Source: Erysipelotrichaceae bacterium OH741_COT-311
GTDB lineage: Bacteria > Bacillota_I > Bacilli_A > Erysipelotrichales > Erysipelotrichaceae
Direction: 5' to 3'
Length of the DNA: 32,000 nucleotides
NCBI GenBank assembly: GCA_003858585.1
Contig: RQZE01000008.1
Location: 1 to 32,000, forward strand
Both the position numbers and the translations under genes were made by a program. Positions within the stretch are counted from its first letter, which is position 1. Each line of letters opens with the position of its first letter. The notes under the pieces are model-generated. The model searched no databases. It was not told where the DNA came from and saw only the letters and a program-made list of their open reading frames with translations. Positions 1 to 9,326 of the stretch are shown here, piece by piece.

Positions 1-227
1 TTTTAATTTGTACTTATTTAGTTTTCAAAGATCAAGTGCACCTCGTTTAGTGCCTGTTTATAATATCAAAGTTTCTACTCCAAGTCAATACTATTTTTAA
101 CTTATTTTCGCAAATAAAAAATATCGCTTATTTCTCGGTTTTTTCTTTTCTATTATTTCAGCACTTTAAGAGAGTGTAGTATTATTATAGCACTTATTTT
201 TACTTTGTGTCCAATAACTCTCTATAT

Positions 228-260
228 AAATGAAAAGAAGTTATAATTCTTTACAACTTC
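228..260 (-). terminator. Probable rho-independent terminator downstream of tatD
   Basis: Inverted repeat GAAGTTATAA/TTACAACTTC (237-260, one mismatch). On the minus strand it is followed by a T-run (complement of AAAA at 233-236), about 20 nt after the tatD stop. Confidence 0.5.
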
Positions 261-280
261 GTTTTACATATATTGGTTTC

Positions 281-1057
281 TTATTCTTCTTTTTGAAATA
301 ACGTTTGATAATTTTTTTGACACGCTTCTATCAATACGTCTACATCAATTCCTTTTAATTGTGCAATTGCTTCATACGTATAACGCACATACATCGGCTC
401 ATTGCGTTTTCCTCGAAACGGTGTTGGCGCAAGAAAAGGGCTATCCGTTTCAACAAAAAGACGATCCAACGGCACATTACTCGCTACACGCTTTGGTTCT
501 ACCGCATTTTTAAAAGTTACCGGACCCCCCAACGAAATATAAAATCCCAGTTTTATAAAGCGTTGTGCCATTTCCCAAGAAGAGCTATAGCAATGCATAA
601 TACCTTTACGATTTACCGGATGCTTCTCCAGTATCATAAACGTTTCTTCAATGGCATCTCTTGTGTGAATCAAGACCGGTTTGTTGTATTTGTTTGCCAG
701 TTCAATTTGTTTTAGAAATGCTTTGCGTTGTTCTTCTTTATTATCTTTGTGCCAATGGTAATCCAATCCAATCTCACCTACCGCACATACTTCTTCTTGT
801 TTGATGATTTCTTCTAATTCTAAATAGTCTTCTTCTTTAAAATCTGCAATGTCACTTGGATGAATCCCACAAGCTACATCAAAATATTCCGGATGTTCTT
901 TTTTTAATGCAATGGCTTGATAAGCTTCTTTAAATGTGATGCAGATAATCAAAATTTTACTCACACCGTGTTCTTTAGCACGTTCAATCACTTCTTGCAA
1001 ATTGAAGTCTTCAAACAAGATGTGGGCATGTGTATCAATATAACCTGTATAGTCCAT
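281..1057 (-). CDS. tatD: TatD-family metal-dependent hydrolase/DNase
   Basis: 258-aa ORF with the N-terminal 'IDTHAHI' HxH metal motif, plus internal 'GEIGLDYHW' and 'VETDSPFLAP' motifs typical of TatD/YabD TIM-barrel hydrolases. It starts 1 nt after the mnmE stop, which suggests an operon. Confidence 0.88.
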   Translation of the reverse strand: MDYTGYIDTHAHILFEDFNLQEVIERAKEHGVSKILIICITFKEAYQAIALKKEHPEYFDVACGIHPSDIADFKEEDYLELEEIIKQEEVCAVGEIGLDYHWHKDNKEEQRKAFLKQIELANKYNKPVLIHTRDAIEETFMILEKHPVNRKGIMHCYSSSWEMAQRFIKLGFYISLGGPVTFKNAVEPKRVASNVPLDRLFVETDSPFLAPTPFRGKRNEPMYVRYTYEAIAQLKGIDVDVLIEACQKNYQTLFQKEE

Positions 1058-1058
1058 G

Positions 1059-2384
1059 TTATTTCCCTAAACAGAAGTTACTAAATAATGCATCTAGTAA
1101 GTCTTCTTTGCTTGCCTTTCCTGTTACTTCTTTGATTGCTTGATATGCACTTTGTAGATGAATGGTTACCAAATCCAACTCTACTTGTTGATTTAATGCC
1201 TCAATAGCATCTTCCATCTCTTGATAGGCTTGCATTAAACATGCGATTTGGCGATCATTGTTGAGTGATGGTTGATCAATAATTTCTTGATGATTTTGAT
1301 AACGTCGATTAATTTCATCCACAAGATTTCTAATGTCATGATTTTTAGCACTAATGGTAAGTTGCTTGTCCTGTTTACTAATGTCATGTTTATTATAAAC
1401 AACAATGCGTTGATGATTTTGGGTTAGATCTAATAATCGCTGATCATTTTCATCCAATTCTTTTGAACCATCTATCACAACAATCACCAATTCGGCTTCA
1501 TCAAGGGCACTCAAACTTTTTTCAATACCTATTTTCTCTACAATATCACTGGTTTGATGGATTCCTGCGGTATCAATAAGATGTAGCGTGATATTTTCTA
1601 AATGGATTACACCTTCCACTAAGTCTCTGGTTGTCCCTGCAATATCCGTCACAATGGCTTTGTCTTCTTCAATAAGCGCATTTAAAAGACTGCTTTTTCC
1701 TACGTTGGGTTGTCCAACGATGACCGTCTTAACTCCTTGTTTTAAAATCTTGGTATTTTTGGCACGTTGTAAGATCACTTGTAATTCACTTAACCATTGT
1801 TTTGCCATCGGCAATATTTTTTCATTGGTTAAAATTTCAATATCTTCATATTCAGGATAATCAATATTTACTTCAATGTTGGCAATAATATTTAACAACT
1901 CCAGCTCCAATGGTTGCATAAGTTTTGTAACACTTCCTTTTAAGCCTTTAATTGCAAGTTGGTGGTTAAATTTATTGTCCGCTTGAATTAAATCATGAAT
2001 GGCTTCGGCTTGAGCTAAGTCAATTCGTCCATTTAAGTATGCTCGTTTTGTAAATTCTCCCGGTAATGCCAGACGTGCTCCATGTGCAAGACACAAAGAC
2101 AACACTTCTCTTGTAATGTATTTTCCACCATGGGTATTGATTTCTACAATGTCTTCTTTGGTAAAGGTTTTAGGCGCTTTAAAAACGGACACTAAAACTT
2201 CATCGATGATGTTTCCTTCGTGGATAATATTCCCATAAGTAATGGTATGGCTTGCAACTTTGGTTAAATCACGTGAAAAAATACGATTTACAATCTCAAT
2301 GGCATCTTCACCACTTAATCGTATAATCGCAATTGCTCCTTCTTGTAAAGCTGTCGAAATCGCTACAATTGTATCATTTAACAT
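1059..2384 (-). CDS. mnmE: tRNA modification GTPase MnmE (TrmE)
   Basis: 441-aa ORF with G-domain motifs 'GQPNVGKSSLLNAL' (G1), 'DTAG' (G3) and 'NKHD' (G4), and the signature C-terminal 'CLGK' tetrapeptide. Confidence 0.95.
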   Translation of the reverse strand: MLNDTIVAISTALQEGAIAIIRLSGEDAIEIVNRIFSRDLTKVASHTITYGNIIHEGNIIDEVLVSVFKAPKTFTKEDIVEINTHGGKYITREVLSLCLAHGARLALPGEFTKRAYLNGRIDLAQAEAIHDLIQADNKFNHQLAIKGLKGSVTKLMQPLELELLNIIANIEVNIDYPEYEDIEILTNEKILPMAKQWLSELQVILQRAKNTKILKQGVKTVIVGQPNVGKSSLLNALIEEDKAIVTDIAGTTRDLVEGVIHLENITLHLIDTAGIHQTSDIVEKIGIEKSLSALDEAELVIVVIDGSKELDENDQRLLDLTQNHQRIVVYNKHDISKQDKQLTISAKNHDIRNLVDEINRRYQNHQEIIDQPSLNNDRQIACLMQAYQEMEDAIEALNQQVELDLVTIHLQSAYQAIKEVTGKASKEDLLDALFSNFCLGK

Positions 2385-2540
2385 GTCATCACCATTTACA
2401 CTTTTCTATTTTTTTACAATATATTCTTATCATAACATGAAAGAGCCTGATGATTGTAATAATAACCGCAAAACGGATGTATGCAGATTGATAAAAGAAA
2501 ATTCGTATGTTCATTTACTTGAAAATATCTTATAATAAAA

Positions 2541-2706
2541 TGGAAGATATGGAAGTGGAAAATTTCAGAAATGGAAGACGCGCCATACGCCGAAGGGCAT
2601 CACAACTCTTGTGTTGTGAATAGTGCTGGGCTACGAGGGATCCGGGTTAGCGTTTCCGGCGATTATCTTCGTAAGACATAACTTGTTTATGTCTTTCTTG
2701 TTTTTA
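2541..2706 (+). promoter_or_regulatory. Structured 5' leader (riboswitch-like, class not recognised) ending in an intrinsic terminator
   Basis: TATAAT at 2531-2536. A locally GC-rich block (2574-2670) sits in an otherwise AT-rich intergenic region. Closing helix GAAGA..CGCC (2574-2584) pairs with GGCG..TCTTC (2658-2670). Internal hairpin TCACAAC/GTTGTGA at 2600-2619. Terminator hairpin AAGACATAA/TTATGTCTT (2673-2695) plus T-run, directly followed by the RBS GAGGTG and the ATG at 2723. Confidence 0.45.
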
Positions 2707-2722
2707 TGAGCGAGGTGTTACT

Positions 2723-2980
2723 ATGAATACTTCAAAAGTAAATTCTTATGTGTCTATGTTTATGATTGTAGCGTTTGTAGCTCTTTGGATTTGGAGTTTC
2801 TTCGCTCATAATTCATTGCTGAATTTATTCTTTTATGTACTGTTTTCGCTTAGTAGCTTTATCAATCTTTTAGTTACTTATTTCCAAAAGAAACCTTTCA
2901 TTTATTATATATACTGGGGTGTAATATTTATACATTTTACATATAAAAGCATCGGTGTGCTAACATCGATGTTACATTAA
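2723..2980 (+). CDS. Small hypothetical membrane protein (about 3 TM segments)
   Basis: 85-aa ORF with GAGGTG 7 nt upstream of the ATG and three long hydrophobic stretches. No family recognised. Confidence 0.55.
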   Translation: MNTSKVNSYVSMFMIVAFVALWIWSFFAHNSLLNLFFYVLFSLSSFINLLVTYFQKKPFIYYIYWGVIFIHFTYKSIGVLTSMLH

Positions 2981-3438
2981 ACTTATTAAATGGTATTTCT
3001 TCGTTTATATATTGCGATGAACAAAAAGTATTAAATAACAGTAATTGTAGTTTGTTCAAATAACGCATGAAATGTCCTCTTTCCGTGCGTTTTTCATAGG
3101 GATAAAAAGAAAAAGATATGGATTAGATCAATGTTTATCCTTGTCTTAATGTTTCTCAGTATTATCTTAAGTTCTATGTATGTTTAACCCTATATTTTAT
3201 TTAGCCACAGAAATGTGGCTTTTATATTTTTCATCATGCTGCATTAAATTTTATATTATTGTTGTATGTCTTGCTGTGGTTATGTACTTTCTATCTCATA
3301 TTGTAGCATGTTATATTTTAATTCATAGAATTATCGTGGCTTTAAAACTATGGTATAATGCGTTTGTAAGCAAGATTTTAAACTATGAAACAACCCTTTT
3401 TATAAGACGAAATATGCATAGCAGAAAGGATTGGTAAA

Positions 3439-3780
3439 ATGGTTATGAAAAAGAATAATAAAATTATGGTTTTGTTCTTCGGGGTTCTTACAATGATTTT
3501 AAGTGCTGTGTTTATTCAGCATGAACACTTTAAATTGGCAGTTGTCTTTACAACGTGTTTATTAATGACGTTTGTCTTTGAAGGTAAGTTTAGTTTTATT
3601 TATTCGCTGTTTTATGTTTTGTTTTTGTTGTTGATATTGAAGACAGCCAGTGATCATGCAGGAAGTCTGTATACGTTTATTCCAATCACGTTTGTTTCAT
3701 TTTATAAAAGTATGAAAAGAGCGAATGAGGAAGAAGTGGAGGATTTGCAGGAAGATGGGTCTTCTATAGATGATAAATAA
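3439..3780 (+). CDS. Hypothetical membrane protein with acidic C-terminal tail
   Basis: 113-aa ORF with an AAAGGA RBS-like element upstream, a TGGTATAAT extended -10 at about 3350-3358, hydrophobic segments, the tail 'EEEVEDLQEDGSSIDD', and a strong terminator downstream. Confidence 0.55.
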   Translation: MVMKKNNKIMVLFFGVLTMILSAVFIQHEHFKLAVVFTTCLLMTFVFEGKFSFIYSLFYVLFLLLILKTASDHAGSLYTFIPITFVSFYKSMKRANEEEVEDLQEDGSSIDDK

Positions 3781-3834
3781 GCTGTTGATTAGTAGTTTTG
3801 ATTCATAGTGTATTTATTTTGAATTGTACTATAA

Positions 3835-3892
3835 AAAATAGGACATGTTCACATTTCGGTATTGGTATGTGAGATGTCCTATTTTATTTTGA
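3835..3892 (+). terminator. Rho-independent terminator
   Basis: Long hairpin AATAGGACAT (3837-3846) / ATGTCCTATT (3874-3883) with inner CACAT/ATGTG pairing, followed by TTTATTTT. Confidence 0.65.
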
Positions 3893-4080
3893 TGTTTACT
3901 CGATTTGATTGTGTGTTATAATAAATCACCTTAGGTAAGAAGGTTTTCTTATGTTAAATTGCACATTCAAACTAAAAAAACAAATATATAAAATAAAGCA
4001 CACACTGTCTATAATAAAAAATATATTGAATATTTTTATGTTTTTCAAATTGCTTTTTAATTATTTAAAAAATCTTAGTC

Positions 4081-7000
4081 TTACAAATATCACAAACAAA
4101 ATTAATCCTTAAGAACAAATAAACCACAATAATAAACCAAAATAACTAGCATAATTATACAATGCTTCTAACTATAAATACAAATATTACAAATTTAATT
4201 AATCCTTAAGAACGTCCATTGTACAGAACAATTGACTTATTGTGTACAAATATTACAAATTTAATTAATCCTTAAGAACCTGTTAAAGAAATCATTAATG
4301 CAAATATGGTACAAATATTACAAATTTAATTAATCCTTAAGAACAGATGAAATCAGCAAGATAGAACAATCTAGTACAAATATTACAAATTTAATTAATC
4401 CTTAAGAACTGCTTTTTGAGTAGGCATATTGCGTGATACGTACAAATATTACAAATTTAATTAATCCTTAAGAACGATTAAATTCAACAAGACCAAAAGA
4501 CACGGTACAAATATTACAAATTTAATTAATCCTTAAGAACCTAATTCGTTGTAAGTGTGAATGATTGGGGTACAAATATTACAAATTTAATTAATCCTTA
4601 AGAACCTAATCATACTCATTAAGAACATCTTCTTGTACAAATATTACAAATTTAATTAATCCTTAAGAACCTTTATATCATACTAACTACATTATTTAGT
4701 GTACAAATATTACAAATTTAATTAATCCTTAAGAACAGGATTTGATACTTCCACAGTATATCGAGGTACAAATATTACAAATTTAATTAATCCTTAAGAA
4801 CTCTATGTGCAATATAGCACACTGATTACAAGTACAAATATTACAAATTTAATTAATCCTTAAGAACGAGATTTATCAATAATAATCCAGGAAAGTACAA
4901 ATATTACAAATTTAATTAATCCTTAAGAACTCACTAAAGTAGCAGTATTAGAAATTGAGTACAAATATTACAAATTTAATTAATCCTTAAGAACTCACAG
5001 CGAACGAGACAATAGGAAGTTGAGTACAAATATTACAAATTTAATTAATCCTTAAGAACGTGTGAGTAAGATTATAGATCCTGAAGGAAGTACAAATATT
5101 ACAAATTTAATTAATCCTTAAGAACACTAACTTAGTATCTACTTCCTTAATTGTTGTACAAATATTACAAATTTAATTAATCCTTAAGAACAAAAGAAAC
5201 AAAAGCGAACATAGAAATTAAGTACAAATATTACAAATTTAATTAATCCTTAAGAACAATGGATACACAGGTTAGTATAGGTAAGGAGTACAAATATTAC
5301 AAATTTAATTAATCCTTAAGAACTTCTTTGCTGTGTAAGTAACGTAATCAAAGGTACAAATATTACAAATTTAATTAATCCTTAAGAACTCAGGATTCTG
5401 CATTTCAGGAACCAACACAGTACAAATATTACAAATTTAATTAATCCTTAAGAACGTTCCCAAAAAGTTAAATTGTAAAAATATGTACAAATATTACAAA
5501 TTTAATTAATCCTTAAGAACTTGTTGACACTATTAGCTCAGGATTAGCTAGTACAAATATTACAAATTTAATTAATCCTTAAGAACTAAAGATAAAAATG
5601 CTTTTTTAATTTCTTTGTACAAATATTACAAATTTAATTAATCCTTAAGAACTCGGAATCGGAATCATGGCAACGTTTATCGTACAAATATTACAAATTT
5701 AATTAATCCTTAAGAACGGCATGTTGAATATAAAGAAACGAATAAAGTACAAATATTACAAATTTAATTAATCCTTAAGAACTGGTTGCAATCGGTATGG
5801 ACATTGGCGGAAGTACAAATATTACAAATTTAATTAATCCTTAAGAACTTCAAAGATTTAAATCGTTTTGATGATGGAGTACAAATATTACAAATTTAAT
5901 TAATCCTTAAGAACGATACCAAGTCAATCCATGTTCATAGATTGGTACAAATATTACAAATTTAATTAATCCTTAAGAACGAATTATCTACAAATTTTTG
6001 TAATTTAAAAGTACAAATATTACAAATTTAATTAATCCTTAAGAACTCTGAACACGAAACGAACTCGTTTAAAGTTGTACAAATATTACAAATTTAATTA
6101 ATCCTTAAGAACTCTCTTCATTTGATGGCTTGCTGTTAATCAGTACAAATATTACAAATTTAATTAATCCTTAAGAACTAACCAGATTACCATTTGAATC
6201 AAAGTACAGTACAAATATTACAAATTTAATTAATCCTTAAGAACAAGATGGAACATATGCTTTCACAGACGATTGTACAAATATTACAAATTTAATTAAT
6301 CCTTAAGAACTCAAAGAAGATATTAATGAAACAGGAAATGGTACAAATATTACAAATTTAATTAATCCTTAAGAACAGCCCATGTCCAGAAACAACCCGC
6401 ACTTTGGTACAAATATTACAAATTTAATTAATCCTTAAGAACACGTTGCAATATCGATTTAACATATGCCATGTACAAATATTACAAATTTAATTAATCC
6501 TTAAGAACCCACTATCTACAGCAAACTGATAAATGGTTGTACAAATATTACAAATTTAATTAATCCTTAAGAACACTTTCTATTTTCAAATTTGTTAATA
6601 AAATGTACAAATATTACAAATTTAATTAATCCTTAAGAACTCTAATTAAAATGTATTTCATTTTCAATAGTACAAATATTACAAATTTAATTAATCCTTA
6701 AGAACTATTTAACGTGTAAATCTGCAAATTCTATTGTACAAATATTACAAATTTAATTAATCCTTAAGAACCGCTGAATCCGAATTCACTCATATCGAAG
6801 TGTACAAATATTACAAATTTAATTAATCCTTAAGAACTATTTAACGTCATACATGTTTTTTTTATCGTACAAATATTACAAATTTAATTAATCCTTAAGA
6901 ACACAATTATATGTTATCTTTTCAATTTTCTGTACAAATATTACAAATTTAATTAATCCTTAAGAACTATACTCAAAAAAACATGTTAATTTTTAAGTAC

Positions 7001-8085
7001 AAATATTACAAATTTAATTAATCCTTAAGAACCGATATTTATATTTACGAGCATGCATTGACGTACAAATATTACAAATTTAATTAATCCTTAAGAACGC
7101 AATAACGGTCTAATCTTTTCAAACGCACGTACAAATATTACAAATTTAATTAATCCTTAAGAACATGTCAGTTTCCGGAACATTTAATAATTTGGTACAA
7201 ATATTACAAATTTAATTAATCCTTAAGAACGAGAATTAAGAACATGCTAAAACTTACTAAGTACAAATATTACAAATTTAATTAATCCTTAAGAACCGTT
7301 TTCTTTTGTAAAGCATTGTAGCTTGCGTACAAATATTACAAATTTAATTAATCCTTAAGAACACAACTTTTTGATTTTCGCCGAATATGCTAGTACAAAT
7401 ATTACAAATTTAATTAATCCTTAAGAACTACCAGCAAGCCCGTAATAACCTTTGATTGTACAAATATTACAAATTTAATTAATCCTTAAGAACGTCGGTG
7501 ATAGGTTTTAACAACTCAGCATGTACAAATATTACAAATTTAATTAATCCTTAAGAACTCGGATTAGGTATTATGGCTGCATTGATTGGTACAAATATTA
7601 CAAATTTAATTAATCCTTAAGAACAAAGGTCATTAAATCCTTTACTGATGTCATGTACAAATATTACAAATTTAATTAATCCTTAAGAACTTAAATTTTC
7701 AAGTGCTTCTTTTCCGCTAAGTACAAATATTACAAATTTAATTAATCCTTAAGAACGCCTTTTAAGTATTTTTCTATGTTTCTTTCGTACAAATATTACA
7801 AATTTAATTAATCCTTAAGAACTACCAGGTACCCAATCTGGTACATCAACTGGTACAAATATTACAAATTTAATTAATCCTTAAGAACTAAGTATTTAGT
7901 CATAGCTATTGTTTTACCGTACAAATATTACAAATTTAATTAATCCTTAAGAACACTAGATAATCCCCCTACTCCAATAAACTGTACAAATATTACAAAT
8001 TTAATTAATCCTTAAGAACCTGCTGAATTACTAAAGCCAGTTACAGACGGTACAAATATTACAAATTTAATTAATCCTTAAGAAC
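4081..8085 (-). CRISPR. Type II-A CRISPR array: 60 repeats of 36 bp, 59 spacers, plus one degenerate terminal repeat
   Basis: I counted 60 copies of GTACAAATATTACAAATTTAATTAATCCTTAAGAAC (plus-strand reading). The first is at 4178 with G1->A and the last at 8050-8085. The functional sense is the minus strand: GTTCTTAAGGATTAATTAAATTTGTAATATTTGTAC. Spacers are unique, 27-31 bp, mostly 29-30. A degenerate copy with 5 mismatches lies at 4081-4116. Orientation is inferred from the adjacent cas operon, the leader promoter next to repeat 60, the decayed repeat at the far end, and tracrRNA complementarity. Confidence 0.98.
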
Positions 8086-8131
8086 CAGTGCCATTATTAT
8101 AGCACATAAAACCCTTATTTTAAGCTATATT
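8086..8131 (-). promoter_or_regulatory. CRISPR leader with putative pre-crRNA promoter
   Basis: Only 46 bp separate the csn2 stop from the first repeat. Read in minus sense, it has TTAAAA (8118-8123), a 16-nt spacer and TGCTATAAT (8096-8104), so the predicted start is a few nt before the first repeat. Confidence 0.55.
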
Positions 8132-9001
8132 TTAATGTTTTATGTTATTGAAATTACAAAAAAAACTTATATTTTCTTCTTTAAACATATTAAAAATTGC
8201 AATATTTTTTTCTTTTTGTAACTCAATATTTTTCATAGTGAAAGAATTCATTGTATAACAATACTGTGCGGCAAAATAATCAGGAACATCCAAACGTTCT
8301 ACAATCGTAGAATTTTTTATTACTGAAAATTGTATATTTTTCCAATCTACTATGGTTTGATAATCAATTGCATCGTTATCAAGATAAACCATAACATTAT
8401 CCGGCAAATCCCAAATCCAATGTATTACTTTTTGATCTATTGGAAAATCTAAATATAAAATATATTGTTCTCCTTTACTAAAACTTAACAATAAGTTATA
8501 GTACATCATCATTTTCTCATTTAATGTAAATGTTTCTGTATTTATCTTTATCATTTCTAGAATACTGCTTACTTTAAAATCATGGAATTCAATCTCTACG
8601 TGTTTTTCGATACCTTTTGACAACACATTTTTAAGTTTATTCACACCCAAATCTGTTAATAATTCATACATATTCTCTCTGATGTCATTGATACTTAAAA
8701 ACAATTTTGGATTCTGCTCAATAAAATCAATTAATGTATTACTGAATAAAGTTTTTGATTTAAACTCAAAGTTACTTTCTAAACTAGATCCACTTTCATA
8801 TAAAAAAACATACTCTTTTTTGCTTAACAAGTTATAATCATCATCTTTAATTTGACACGAAACAGTTTTATTCTTACTAAAATAATTTCCTAAACAACTT
8901 AATACAAGATTTCGTTCTTCATTATTTACAAGGATGTTCACCTTATGTCTATCAGGAATTTTAAATACTTTATCTTCATATTCAATCAACATTTTTACCA
9001 C
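8132..9001 (-). CDS. csn2: Csn2-like type II-A adaptation protein (assigned by position)
   Basis: 289-aa ORF immediately downstream of cas2 (20-nt overlap) and directly upstream of the leader/array, which is the canonical csn2 slot in cas9-cas1-cas2-csn2 loci. I recognise no sequence motif, so this is a context-based call. Confidence 0.6.
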   Translation of the reverse strand: MVKMLIEYEDKVFKIPDRHKVNILVNNEERNLVLSCLGNYFSKNKTVSCQIKDDDYNLLSKKEYVFLYESGSSLESNFEFKSKTLFSNTLIDFIEQNPKLFLSINDIRENMYELLTDLGVNKLKNVLSKGIEKHVEIEFHDFKVSSILEMIKINTETFTLNEKMMMYYNLLLSFSKGEQYILYLDFPIDQKVIHWIWDLPDNVMVYLDNDAIDYQTIVDWKNIQFSVIKNSTIVERLDVPDYFAAQYCYTMNSFTMKNIELQKEKNIAIFNMFKEENISFFCNFNNIKH

Positions 9002-9326
9002 CTCCGATGATTAACATTCGATTTATATTTGTAATTTTTTCCTGTAATCGATGTGTTTCATTTAAAATTTCAATATTTTGATATTGGTTTTCTGTTACAA
9101 CCATAAAACGTATATCACCTTTGCTTGGATAATTCTTTTTTAGACGTTTACTTACAGTAACAGCAGCATCTGCATTAATACATAATTTTGTATATACCGA
9201 ATACTGCATACGCATATAGCCATCTTTTTTTAAAAATTTAATAAAGTCACGATATCTCTTTAAATCTGTATTAGTTTCCGTGGGTAAATCAAAAAATAGA
9301 AGTAATCTCATAAATCTAACATTCAT
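8982..9326 (-). CDS. cas2: CRISPR-associated endoribonuclease Cas2
   Basis: 'MNVRFMRLLLFFDLPTETNTDLKRYRDFIKFLKKDGYMRMQYSVYTKL' matches the type II Cas2 N-terminus (..RYMRxxxxFDxP..). I prefer the start at 9326 (114 aa) over the ORF-track start at 9344. It overlaps the cas1 end by 11 nt. Confidence 0.9.
   Translation of the reverse strand: MNVRFMRLLLFFDLPTETNTDLKRYRDFIKFLKKDGYMRMQYSVYTKLCINADAAVTVSKRLKKNYPSKGDIRFMVVTENQYQNIEILNETHRLQEKITNINRMLIIGGGKNVD

Noticed and set aside
2581-2640. Possible glycine riboswitch: ACGCCGAAGGGCA and GGGCTACGAGGGATC vaguely resemble the glycine aptamer CACCGAAGGGGCAA and CTCAGGCAAAAGGAC cores
   Set aside because: There is no room for the P2 hairpin between the GGAAGA and CGCCGAAGG segments. 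The similarity is short, and the downstream gene is not a glycine cleavage or transport gene. I kept it as an unclassified structured leader instead.
3180-3437. 85-aa ORF between the two small membrane-protein genes
   Set aside because: It has no convincing RBS. Its composition is typical of AT-rich non-coding sequence translated by chance. Its 3' part contains the TGGTATAAT promoter element that most likely drives the next gene. It cannot be excluded as a real small membrane protein.
3951-4116. About 53-codon ORF (MLNCTFKLKK...) running into the degenerate terminal CRISPR repeat
   Set aside because: It is low-complexity and lysine/asparagine-rich, and it ends inside repeat-derived sequence. 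It is most likely non-coding trailer.
4214-8049. Self-targeting spacers against the accessory island in this window
   Set aside because: Inspecting the spacers by eye against 22-32 kb showed no obvious match. This cannot be excluded without a computed alignment, so no claim is made.
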